Below, piece by piece: positions 11,058 through 21,537 of a DNA stretch of 64,000 nt. Origin of the DNA: Lepidodermella squamata. Its lineage: Eukaryota; Animalia; Gastrotricha. Both the position numbers and the translations under genes were made by a program. The stretch is from positions 806,001 to 870,000 of the forward strand of contig JBLDXI010000019.1 of the NCBI GenBank assembly GCA_047495785.1. The letters run 5' to 3'. The notes beneath the pieces are model-generated. The model did not search any database. It saw nothing but the letters and a program-made list of their open reading frames with translations, and had not been told where the DNA came from. Every line of letters starts with the position of its first letter. Within the stretch, counting starts at the first letter, position 1.

Positions 11058-13749
11058 TCATTTCGTGTCAGTATTTGGGACACGTAGTAGCATGATGTTT
11101 TGAGAGGCGCCGTCCAAAACTGCTACAAAGGTCCAGCCAGAACTTGGCGTTGGCGTTCCTGAAGACACGAATCGAGCGGTGATAACCTGGCTGTCGATTA
11201 CAGCCAAAGCGGTAGGTTCGAACGGGTGTTCCAGCTCGAGAGAATCGCCTAAAAAGCAGCTGTATTTCCACACCACTCTCTCGTTTTCATCAGGCTTCGC
11301 GTAAATCTGAAATAAGCCAAAGAGATAATCAATTTCAAGACACAATCGAATCAGTGAAAGTAGACCATTTTGGGACATATACTTTGAGCGGAATCGAATT
11401 CTAATGAATTTTTATTAAAATTTACGGGATTTTCAGCGCTTAATACGATTCACGATTCGAAAAATTCGAGAAACGACATTTTTTTAAATTTCGCATGCGG
11501 TTTCGAAATTAGTTCCCCTAGACAATTTCCCGGTAATTTTTGGGATCAAATTACAAGGGAATAAAAATACCCGAATGGTTTCCTCGTAGGAGTCGCAGAT
11601 GAACAAATTTCCTTTTGCATCGAACTCAACCGAATTACAGTGGCCCTTCAACGGCAATCCTAGACTGAACCCATTCGCTTCAACGGCTGCGATTTCTTCC
11701 GCCGACTTTTCGCCAGCCACCCATTTTTTGTAATGCAGCTTTTGCAAACCTTCGGCAGAATGATACGGCAGCCTGTAGACCACGCCAAACGATTCAGAAG
11801 CTCCCAGAACTTTCGCCCTATTCAAAATCGGACAACTGGCTTTCGGTAAAGTTCCGACTGGGTCGAGACCGAAAACAAGCAATCGATTGCCAGCCTGTAC
11901 GGTGTAGAGCTCTTGCCGGGCTTCATTGATGGCTAATCCATCGAAATGGGACCCTCGAGCCATGACAACGACCAGTTGGCGGGGAATCTCACCTGACATG
12001 TGGGTACAGGCGATAACGCGGCGGCGCTTCGCGTCCAGAATGAAAATTCGGTCGTTGAAAACTACGACCCGATTGCAGGTTTCGATGAATTCAGACCCGT
12101 TGGTAGGTTCAGGATCTGGAACCTTGATTTGATGCCAATTATTCACCTCAAAAGGCTTATCGATCACCTAAATAAAAATTTGTAAAAAAAATCTGCAAAA
12201 ATTGCAGTAAATTCCTACATTTAACCCAAAACGTCCTTCAGGAACCAGTAAGGAATTTATAAAAGGTAAGAACGCAATGCCATTCGGTAGTCGAAGCCCA
12301 GCCTGGTGGTAACTGATTGTTTCCATGACAGTAACTTCAACGTGACTAGCCTCAGCCTTCGGGCTAGTTCTTCGCGAATCATCAGCGGCTGAAAACGAAT
12401 AACGCCGCTGGACAAGCCGAGACGAAGGCTTCGGAGTAGGTTCTTCCGGAACCGGCGTGATCGGAAACATCATCGGGTCATCTTCGATTTTGAGCGCACC
12501 GATTTCCAATCGATCGGCTAACGTTGAAATCGTATTAGCGAACAACGGCGCAGTGAAAAGCTTGATTCTAGGAACCATTTTGATCGATTGGAAATCAAGA
12601 AGCTAAAAATTGAAATGTTAGTAATATGTTTGAAAAAATCGTCGATTTTACCCCTTTGCAAATAGTGTCGCTGACCAATTTGTGGAGCGCGACAACTTTT
12701 TCAAGATTCACCGTAACAGTGTTCAGTCGAACAGTCTGCATTTGCTGATCAATCAGCCGAGCAGCGCCATTCAACGCGTCGTAGTTGGTTCGCAATCGAG
12801 AAACAATGCCCTGGAGGCGTTGTTCGCGCAGCGTTTCAGCCTGCAGCATGATTCGCTTGCCCTGCTCTTCGAGTGACTTTTTGACCAGCTCTGTTGCGGT
12901 TTGAATTGTCAGCCGAATTTGCTTTTCAATATCGGCGATATCGGCGTCGAGTTGGCGCGTGACTTCAGCTAGAGCTGCTTCGGATAAATCAGACGAAGGT
13001 CGCCATCTCTCCTGATGAGATTGAAATTAAAATTTTGTAATTTTGTTGAAAATAAATTAAAATGTAAACTTTTAAATTGAAATTGAAATTTTACATTTTT
13101 TTTTAAATTTAATTTAAAAAATTTAAAAAATTGAATTTACCCATTCCTCGCGCGATTTTGCAATTTCGTGTTTAAGGTATTCGATGTGGCTGCTTCGGCA
13201 GGTGTCACAAAACAGTTTTTCGCAGTGCCTACATTCGGTTTTCGATGGCTTCATGAGGTGGGTGCAGTCCCTATTTCGCATCGCCTGCAATCTCACTTCA
13301 GATGATCGATCGCCCATCAAATCGACAATTTTTTGCGCGACCGAATTGACAGGATAGACTTGAAAAAAGTGCAGAAATTCGCAGAAAAATTTTAGAATTA
13401 TTAAGATTTTTACATGAAATTCCGGCAGCGCCAACCGTACTTTTGACACGGCAAACCGGGCATTCGATCCAGCCTATCATTTCGGATGGGTCGTGGCCAA
13501 TTTTCGCCGCCGTTGGCGCTTCAATCACCTGCAGTTTGGCCAAACAGTCGAAGCATAGCGAATGCGAGCAATTAGGGAAATTTCTCGGATTTTTGAACAC
13601 ATCGAAACAGACCGGACAGGTTATTGCCTGAAAAAATCGGAAAATAATACGAAAACGGTCCTGAAGAACGCTCGAAGAAAAACCTCAATCAAACAATCTT
13701 CCAACGGGCCGGTGTCACTTCCGCCTTGTAATTCTTGGAGGACACTCAT
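11058..13749 (-). CDS. TRIM-NHL-like protein (RING, B-box-like, coiled coil, NHL-like repeats), multi-exon
   Basis: Spliced RING CPVCFDVFKNPRNFPNCSHSLCFDC...CPVC; B-box-like CRHCEKLFCDTCRSSH; coiled coil; NHL-like LRLPNGIAF and VEFDAKGNLFICDS. Confidence 0.75.
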
Positions 13750-14053
13750 GGTTTATAGAAAAAATGGGTGATGATTCGTTCTTTGCAAAAATGTAGATTT
13801 GCCATAATTTTTGAAACTCGCCCGTGATTAGTGATTTTTTTGTTGTTTGATTGCGTCACAAGATGGATTGTTGCGTTGTCATAAAATTTTATAAAATGTC
13901 ATACAATTTTAAAATTTATATTTCCACGTTGAAATAATTCAACGAATAAGTGACCGCGATTGGTCTACAAATTTACATCCGAGCCGTGAAACCTTGAAGT
14001 TGGAAATCGGTCGCCGTAGCTAAGGTAAAACTATGATTACAAATGCAAATTGA

Positions 14054-15271
14054 ATGGCTATTGACAAACAGAGATTAGCAAGCTGTCGCACCTGGCCTCA
14101 TTTTCATGTGACGCTCGAAAGTAAAACTTCACAACTTAAGTTCATTGGTAGAATGGACGATTTATCAGTTGAACTTCTTATTCAGCAGGATCAACAGCAG
14201 CCGACGCCAAATACTGCGAATGAAATCCACAAATTACTACGACTCCTCGCCGAACCGCCCGAAGATGCCATCCATCATTACTACCTATTCCCATCTGGAG
14301 TTCGGCGTAAAGTTACGAAGCTAGTCCTGAATCACGTCGAACAGGGCGTTGGACCATTGGCTCTGAAAAGGCTTGACAATTTACTGAAAATCGACACGAA
14401 TTTCGCGAAAGATTCCGCAAATCGCCAACTTGCCCGCGCTGTTAAGCAAGGAAAACGCCGATTAGCCGGTGAACTCATCAAACGAGGAGCAATTTGCTCG
14501 TTACTTCTCGCCTACCACTACGCGTTCACTCACGAATTGGTGCTACTCATCGATAACGGAGCCGATGTGACGGAATTTGAAGAAACCAACGACAGAATGA
14601 TGTTGTTTCACTACGCTTGCTCGGATGAGATGTTAGACGTTGTTTTGCGGTTGGCAAACCATGAGAAATTCCGCGAAATCACGTCTTCCCTTACAACTGA
14701 TGGTAGAAGTGGCCTAACATTCGCGATCGAGGATGGCGGGTTCAATATTGTTAACATTTTACTGGAAAACGAGCGAACCCAACATCTGGCCTGCGTTCAT
14801 GCCGGGAAATTCGGAGCTATCAACCCTTTAGTTAGCATGGAGCCTCATATTTCGCTTTCGGATGAGGATTTTATCGAGGACCCGGCTGCGATTTTAGCTC
14901 TCAGGACTTTAATTCTGGCCGGCTGCCAGAATTACGATGGTCACTACTTCGCAAGAGCTGCAGTGAATCGTTTAGCTGTTGGTATTGATCAGTACCTGAT
15001 AGATCTCCTCATAGCAGCGAGGCAGAAATCTTCTATCAACATAGATCGCCTCTTGATTGACGGAGGGGAGGGCAACGCGAATTTTGATCTTCTTTTCAGA
15101 ATCGTCCATTCTGTTTTTCCGATGAAATTGCAGGCTATCGCAAGAATAGCTGTTCTCAAATCTTTGCCCTGCGGGTATAACAGGCGAATGAGAGCTATAA
15201 ACGAAGGCCTCAGCAATTACTTACCACCTCTCTTACGTGACTACCTTAAATGTCTTGATTCATTGAACTAA
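14054..15271 (+). CDS. Ankyrin repeat and SOCS-box protein
   Basis: Ankyrin-like LLIDNGADV and GRSGLTFAIEDGGFNIVNILLEN. C-terminal SOCS box PMKLQAIARIAVLKSL...LPPLLRDYL. Confidence 0.8.
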   Translation: MAIDKQRLASCRTWPHFHVTLESKTSQLKFIGRMDDLSVELLIQQDQQQPTPNTANEIHKLLRLLAEPPEDAIHHYYLFPSGVRRKVTKLVLNHVEQGVGPLALKRLDNLLKIDTNFAKDSANRQLARAVKQGKRRLAGELIKRGAICSLLLAYHYAFTHELVLLIDNGADVTEFEETNDRMMLFHYACSDEMLDVVLRLANHEKFREITSSLTTDGRSGLTFAIEDGGFNIVNILLENERTQHLACVHAGKFGAINPLVSMEPHISLSDEDFIEDPAAILALRTLILAGCQNYDGHYFARAAVNRLAVGIDQYLIDLLIAARQKSSINIDRLLIDGGEGNANFDLLFRIVHSVFPMKLQAIARIAVLKSLPCGYNRRMRAINEGLSNYLPPLLRDYLKCLDSLN

Positions 15272-15373
15272 CGCGCTGTTGTTAATGCTGTTTTTTACTC
15301 TCGAGCAATAAATTTCAGAGAAAAGAACATTTTTAATTTAAAAATCACCAATTCAAAACTTGTGTTTGAAGTT

Positions 15374-17767
15374 TCAAACTAATTTGTCCGTGCTTTGTCG
15401 AAGCCAATTTTTTTTAGGAAAAAGCAGAATTCCGCCAGTCGATGCTGAGTAAACAAGTTCGATAACGGCAAGAACGATCAGCATGGTGCAGGAGCTTCGC
15501 ATTGCCTGAATGACAACAATAATCAAAGTTCCAGCCCCCATTACAGCCAAGGAGTTCACCGCCGAAAGTCTGACCAGAGTAATTCTAAAGTTAATCTCCT
15601 CAGGAAAAATACGCCTCCGCATGGAGAGTGACAGAAAGTTAGCAAGGAGCAGCAACAGGAAATTGTAGCCCAAAATCGGTCCAATGGAATACAGGTGTTT
15701 TGAAGTACAGAGCTTCGAAGTTACGCTGAAATATGAATCATTGATCTCATCGAACTGAACTGGCGTTGTAATATTTAAAACTTCGAGGTCGTCGAAAATC
15801 ATTCCTAAGCAAATTATCACTAATCCAAGAAAGCCAAATGTCGACGATAAAATTGCTACAATTTTCGCTTGTTTGTCTGATGATGAATTTTCCAGCAAAG
15901 AAGGGCGGTTCCTGGAAATTATTGGGTACATGCCTGAGAGACGGCGTGAGTCAATTGAGCTTGCAATTGAGTTGCTATAGTACGATATGCTTACGTTTAG
16001 ACTTGGCCTGTTGCGCAATTTCTCGTGTTTTCTCAATTTTGTGATGTACAGAAGGTATGAGAACAGAAAACAGTGAAAGACTGTCAATGGCACAGCCAAA
16101 AGTGCTGGTCTAACACGGCATTCGATTTCTGGCAGATGTTTCCCTGCTACAATTGTGAACAGAGCATTCAAGTTGACCATTGTTGAAATTAGAAATGCAA
16201 AGAATTGACTCGCATGGTTGCCCCTACAGCAGTTTCTTAAGGATAGTGCACCGTGAGATCCGAAAATAAACAGCCCAACATGAGATAGTTGCACGAGTAT
16301 GCATAACGATATTATAGCGTTCGAAATGCTGACATCGCAGCTTTCTAATCGGTCCTCAATTGAGGATAAATCTTTTGGCAACGCGCCCGACTTGGTTGGC
16401 CACCTAAAAGCACTACCAATAACGGAAGTATTGTATATCGCGACTTGATTAGCATCCAGGCTGTACGAGACTTTCCCAATGGTCATGCGATCGACATAAT
16501 TTTTGGGCGCGACAATGAGGTAGTCCTCAACGAACTCGCGTAGTTCGTTCATGCCTAGAAATCCGATCCTCAAACCGGTAAAGTTGATATTTCGAGTTGT
16601 GTCGTTCAAAATTCTCATAACCAACTGGGGGTTGCTGCGGAAATCTTTCAGTGTCATGTTTCTTTGATTCCTAAGTGCCAATTCCGTTTCATGTAGCGAC
16701 AGCAAAGTGAACATGATTGAATCGTGACACAAAAATCTCATCCAATCGTCGACAAGGGGCACAAACTGTGCTTTTGAGGATGTAATCTCTGAACGAAGTC
16801 TTGACTCAAACTCAGTAATGCCGTAACCAAAAGATGTGAACGGGTAAGGACTTGAAGGACCTGCGTCCCAATTGACATAGACTGTTGTCTGAAGTTGATG
16901 GAATAAAACATCTTCAGTGCAAACAGTTGTGGGAATCCCGGTGGCTGCACAGTTCACAGCGGCAACGAAAGCATACAGTGGTGCTCGTTTACCCCATAGA
17001 TACATCTGGCAAAGGATATACTGGCAGTCATAGCTCGATAGGACACCAATTACGATTATTCTGACAATGCTCAGCTCTTGGTCTGCCGTTGACTTAGAGA
17101 AATCAGGACCGTCGACCGCAACAATGTATTGTGCGACGTCAACGCCACTATTAGTAAGCAGCGCTTGAATCTTTTCCGTCATCATCACGTTATTATTATT
17201 GGACCGGAATGTGACCACACCGACGCGTTTCCAGTGCCCAAACGACTGGACAACCTCACGTATCACATCTGCATAACGATACCTGGCTGCTTTTGGGGAA
17301 TAGATGTTAGTGTATATATGCCGGCGATCCCAGATGATGTCCTCAGAGCAGCCATGAGCAATGTGTGTGAATCCTTGTGTTTTAAGAGCTAGAGCGATTC
17401 GATTGCAATCCCCTGTAGGCCCAAACACTACTGGGGCTGGGTAGGTATTAGCTGGAAAATCTTGATGCATGAAGCTCATCACGTTAGTCGCTACAACACT
17501 TGGATCTTGCTCGCGAACGTCCTGCACAAGCTTATACCCTGGTATTAGATCTGGCCGAGAATTGGCGTAATCCAGCATTATCTGAACTGTTGCGTTACAA
17601 ACAGGATATTTGGCGAGTGGCCAAAGGGCAAGAATAACAAGCGTAGAATCAGATTTTCCTGGATCTACGTAGCTGCGGTTGCCAGATAATGGGAGCGTTC
17701 CAAGGACCGCGGAAATGCACATCGCAAATGCCAGGAGTGAGTTGAATCTTATTATTAATTGGGACAT
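15374..17767 (-). CDS. Class C (GABA-B-like) GPCR, Venus-flytrap domain plus 7TM, intronless; paralog 1
   Basis: Signal peptide, ANF-receptor-like N-terminus (ANSRPDLIPGYKL, FGHWKRVGVV), seven hydrophobic segments ending ILLFPK. Confidence 0.8.
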   Translation of the reverse strand: MSQLIIRFNSLLAFAMCISAVLGTLPLSGNRSYVDPGKSDSTLVILALWPLAKYPVCNATVQIMLDYANSRPDLIPGYKLVQDVREQDPSVVATNVMSFMHQDFPANTYPAPVVFGPTGDCNRIALALKTQGFTHIAHGCSEDIIWDRRHIYTNIYSPKAARYRYADVIREVVQSFGHWKRVGVVTFRSNNNNVMMTEKIQALLTNSGVDVAQYIVAVDGPDFSKSTADQELSIVRIIVIGVLSSYDCQYILCQMYLWGKRAPLYAFVAAVNCAATGIPTTVCTEDVLFHQLQTTVYVNWDAGPSSPYPFTSFGYGITEFESRLRSEITSSKAQFVPLVDDWMRFLCHDSIMFTLLSLHETELALRNQRNMTLKDFRSNPQLVMRILNDTTRNINFTGLRIGFLGMNELREFVEDYLIVAPKNYVDRMTIGKVSYSLDANQVAIYNTSVIGSAFRWPTKSGALPKDLSSIEDRLESCDVSISNAIISLCILVQLSHVGLFIFGSHGALSLRNCCRGNHASQFFAFLISTMVNLNALFTIVAGKHLPEIECRVRPALLAVPLTVFHCFLFSYLLYITKLRKHEKLRNRPSLNVSISYYSNSIASSIDSRRLSGMYPIISRNRPSLLENSSSDKQAKIVAILSSTFGFLGLVIICLGMIFDDLEVLNITTPVQFDEINDSYFSVTSKLCTSKHLYSIGPILGYNFLLLLLANFLSLSMRRRIFPEEINFRITLVRLSAVNSLAVMGAGTLIIVVIQAMRSSCTMLIVLAVIELVYSASTGGILLFPKKNWLRQSTDKLV

Positions 17768-18258
17768 TCCTAAGTTCGAATTCGTGCGGAGCACCTGAAA
17801 GCTTAACAACTAGGATTTTCCATCAGCTAAATATGGCTTTTGAATACAACGCTACTTACTTTTTGTTAATAATGGAACAGCTTATAACGATGAAATACTA
17901 TGGGAATATTGTGATAGCAATGCCTGGCGCCACTAAGCTGATGTAGTGAATTATAGTTCATCAAATTGAATAAATTGAACTTAATTTCAGACAGGGCTAG
18001 TCTGTCAGAATTGACGTCTTCAGTTTCGGAGCAGCCGATTTGCGAGAATGAGGAGTTAATAATCAGCGAAACCTACAGACGGTCTGCGGAGGGCAAACAC
18101 GGCTGAAACTTGTCGTGCGTGGTTTATTAGCTATCATCTAGCGTCTGCGCGTTCTGAGCCGCGTGGATATAACCTTAGCGGAAAATCAAACCTTTTGTTC
18201 AATATATATCGTTAGCGACGTTGAATAACTCGGATTTAGGCCTGTTTACTTCCATTTC

Positions 18259-18445
18259 AGTAGTAAGGATGGGAACTTTGGATCAGTAATAGCAGTACGG
18301 CGATTTTTACTATAGCCGTTTGGTATAAATATACGCAATTTGCGATCAGTAATGGCAGTACGGCGATTTTTACTATACCCGTTTGGTATAAATATACGCA
18401 ATTTGGGGATGAGTAATAGCAGTACGGCGATTTGTACTATAGCCG
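18259..18445 (+). repeat. Left terminal inverted repeat (22-bp terminus plus about 2.6 copies of a 63-64-bp unit)
   Basis: Units start at 18281, 18344 and 18408. Reverse complement matches 37477-37661. Confidence 0.92.
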
Positions 18446-18711
18446 CTTCTTGTCAATATACCTTCGTTTTAACCCACTGCTATGATTTCACCTAACTAAA
18501 ATAAACAAATCTTCGTTTTTTCACCTGTTATGAGCTAAACTAATCATTTTTACACTGCTTCTTTAGTGCAGCTGCAATAGAGCCCTTTTTCATTCACACA
18601 AACACTTTTTATTAGTCTTAACGTTTCAAGCAATGAATTTATAGCTGGGATAAGTCTTATCAGTTTTTCTATTCATTTGTTCAGAGATTTGTAGCGGCTT
18701 GATTGGAGGGG

Positions 18712-19215
18712 TTAACGTCCAGATGAACCGAATCCGTTATCGCCACGGGTCGAATTTGCTGCTAGAGCGTTTTTCAATGGCCCCGTTACCGTTACTGCAG
18801 ATTCTAAGCGACCATATTTTAAACACACCAACTGGGTAATACGGTCGCCTATTTTAATCTTGTAAGGTGTTTTGCTGTTGTTTGCAAGGCAGACTACGAT
18901 TTTTCCGGTGTAGTCGGCGTCTTTAATTCATGAAAAATACAGATATTCATTAGTAATTTTCATTATTATTTGCTTCTTACCTATTACTCCAGCGACCGTA
19001 TCGATTCCATGGTTGATGCTCATTCCTGATCGACTGAATAGTTGTCCATAATATCCTCGTGGTAAACAGATTTTAATATCAGTTTGAATCAGTCCCCTGG
19101 TTCCAGGTTGCAGTGTCGTCTCTTCTGCTGAATAGATGTCCCAACCCACAGAGCCTTTAGTATGCTTTGTCGGTTCTTTAGCTTTGTTACTTGTTAGCTC
19201 TACCTTCAGCTTCAT
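18712..19215 (-). CDS. dut: dUTPase (2 exons: 19215-18981, 18920-18712; 147 aa)
   Basis: Removing the 60-nt GTAAGA...AAG intron gives all five motifs: GWDI, SRSG, GVIDADYTG, GDRITQL, RGDNGFGSSG. Confidence 0.93.
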
Positions 19216-19649
19216 ATTTTATAATTTATATTGTTACTGAGGTTCGATTTTTATGTGAGCGGCTACCTCCTTTCAGGCATATTGTTTTTGTAATTCAATC
19301 TTCCTTAAAAATGCATTAGGGCCTTTAGCTCTGTTGACCCCTCAGTGCTGGCTTTAATGCTTTTCATCAAAGATTCTTGGTATTGTATACATCCTCCTTA
19401 ATTGCTGTCGGTAATTCAATAAGAAAACATCATGTCAATAAATCTTATACATCCTCCCTAATTAAACAATGCGATTTTTTACTTATCAAAATAAAAAGCA
19501 ATTAGGATTTTTTACCCTTTACGGTGTAATTACCTTAAACAATTCAAACAAAACATCTCCCTGTTTTTTCCTTTTATGGAAATATCACTCAGACTATTTA
19601 AGAGAGATGCTTCAAGAATACACTTAGCATATTTCTTGAAGCAAGCTGG

Positions 19650-20414
19650 ATGCATCCTAAAGTCTACCATTTCGGCATAGTCGGCAACATTGGGGCGTAA
19701 GTCTCATATACTCCACCGAATAGAATTCTATTTAAAGTCTCTTGTTTTAGCGGGAAATCAACCTTAATCGAGGGTCTCACTAATCTACCTTCACTCAACC
19801 GTAAACTTCAGGGATATACCGCGTGGCCAATTTGCGAGCCTGTTCATCGTTGGGAGTCCTTTACTGATGACGATAAAACTAACATTTTGAAAGATTACTA
19901 TCAGATGAAAAATGCGTTCAACTTTCAAATTGTAGCCACGAGTGATATGTGCGGCCTTTATTCAGCCCCTAACCACAAACCTGAAATCTACGGGGCGCAT
20001 ACTATCGTTCTGCATGATCGAACGCCCTTCTGTTCTAAAAACGTCTTTATCCCATGTGCGTATGCATCCAAGCGCATAAATTCTATCGAATATCACGCTC
20101 TCATGAATTTGTATGATAATTTCGAGCCGAATTTTGTAAAAACTGAAGCTATTATTTACTTGCGCTCCTCTCCCCAAATAGCTTGTCAAAGAGCCGTAGC
20201 TAGAGCTCGGGGTTCTGAAATGCTATTATCACTGGATTATTTACGCCTCGTACATGAGTTTCATGAAAAAATGTGTACTGTTGAGACTACAAACAAATCC
20301 CTACCATGTCCCGTGCTTGTTATCGACACTGATAATTTGAATGCCTCTGAGGTTCTAAAGCAAGCTTCTCAGTATGTTGCCTCTCTTATCACGCCTGTAA
20401 TCTCTCAGACTTGA
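19650..20414 (+). CDS. Deoxynucleoside kinase (dNK/TK2 family; exons 19650-19696, 19751-20414)
   Basis: A 54-nt GTAAGT...TTTTAG intron splits the P-loop GNIGA|GKST. Also EPVHRW, FNFQ, DRT, IYLRSSP and lid RARGSE. Confidence 0.9.
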
Positions 20415-20424
20415 ATCCTCATTG

Positions 20425-20787
20425 ATGGATCCAACAAGACTTGTGCTCTCGAACAGCCAGATTTTAGACGCTGAATCTTTGCAATGTCCAATTTGTTTAT
20501 CTATCCTACTTAATCCTATTCAAACGCGCCCCTGTGGCCATTTATTTTGTACTAAATGTGTTCTCGCTATTTTTCAAAATTCAGCTCGAACAGTATGTTG
20601 CTGTCCACTTTGCCGCGAATCATTAACAGGGAAAGATTTCGTTAAACCCCCTGTAATTTTATCGAACATTATCTCGAATTTGATTTACAAATGCCAATAT
20701 TCTGATAAAGGCTGTCCCATTACTCTAACTTATGACCTCATTTTTGGGCATGAAAAGTTATGCCAATATAAAGAACCCATCCCTTAA
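20425..20787 (+). CDS. C3HC4 RING finger protein with TRAF/SINA-like zinc finger (putative E3 ligase)
   Basis: CPICLSIL...PCGHLFCTKC...CPLC followed by CQYSDKGC...GHEKLC. Confidence 0.85.
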   Translation: MDPTRLVLSNSQILDAESLQCPICLSILLNPIQTRPCGHLFCTKCVLAIFQNSARTVCCCPLCRESLTGKDFVKPPVILSNIISNLIYKCQYSDKGCPITLTYDLIFGHEKLCQYKEPIP

Positions 20788-20829
20788 AGTTTTACATTCT
20801 TATTTCATTAGATTTAATTTTCAATAATC

Positions 20830-21351
20830 ATGGCTGAGGCGATAGTAGAATCTGCTAACCAGACAGTCAATCATCACATGTCTAGTAACTTGGTCATTCA
20901 ACAGCATCCTCAGGATTCTAATCTCATCTACATAATGACTGATCGCAAAGATAAGAACGATAAGCCTAAAAAACTCGCCTTTAGACAAGACGAATTTCTT
21001 AGCCAGTTCGTTCCTTATTTTCGACCGCCGAATGATGCTTGGGTTGCTCAGGCTCAACTTGCCCTGCTATCTCACAACACAGGCTTTAAATTTTCGATGC
21101 ATGAATGCAAAATTGAAGTCTGTGTCTTTGTGCCATCATTTTCACCGATTCTTATAGATATACGCAGGTTTTATCTGGATGCTAAAGGTATTTACTTCAA
21201 ATTTACAGTAATAGCAATCTTTTTATGATTTAACTTTTTAGGAAATAAACAACCCTCAAGACAAGGAGTCTCTCTTGATGCAGCTCAGTTTCAAGACCTT
21301 GCAACTGGGGTGTTAACTGTTGCAGCGATGATTGAAACAGCCAATGAATAA
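20830..21351 (+). CDS. PC4/Sub1-like ssDNA-binding/coactivator domain protein (exons 20830-21187, 21242-21351)
   Basis: Removing a 54-nt GT-AG intron gives ILIDIRRFYLDAKGNKQPSRQGVSLDAAQFQDL, matching the PC4 core consensus (LIDIREY...KPGRKGISL...QW..L). Confidence 0.75.
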
Positions 21352-21537
21352 GCTAACACAAAACTTGACTAAAATGACTTACTGAATATTTATTTCAATC
21401 TATCCTTGTAATAAAGTTTTACCTCTTCCCAAATTCGATCAATTTTAAATTTTTAATCTTAGATTGTTATGGATAACTATAGTTTACAATACTCATTTAT
21501 TCGAAGTAATCGCCTGATTCATTCTACAAAATTCAAA

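Noticed and set aside
18281-18445. CRISPR-like array
   Set aside because: Contiguous tandem units with no unique spacers, mirrored at the other end of the element; these are TIR subrepeats in eukaryotic DNA.
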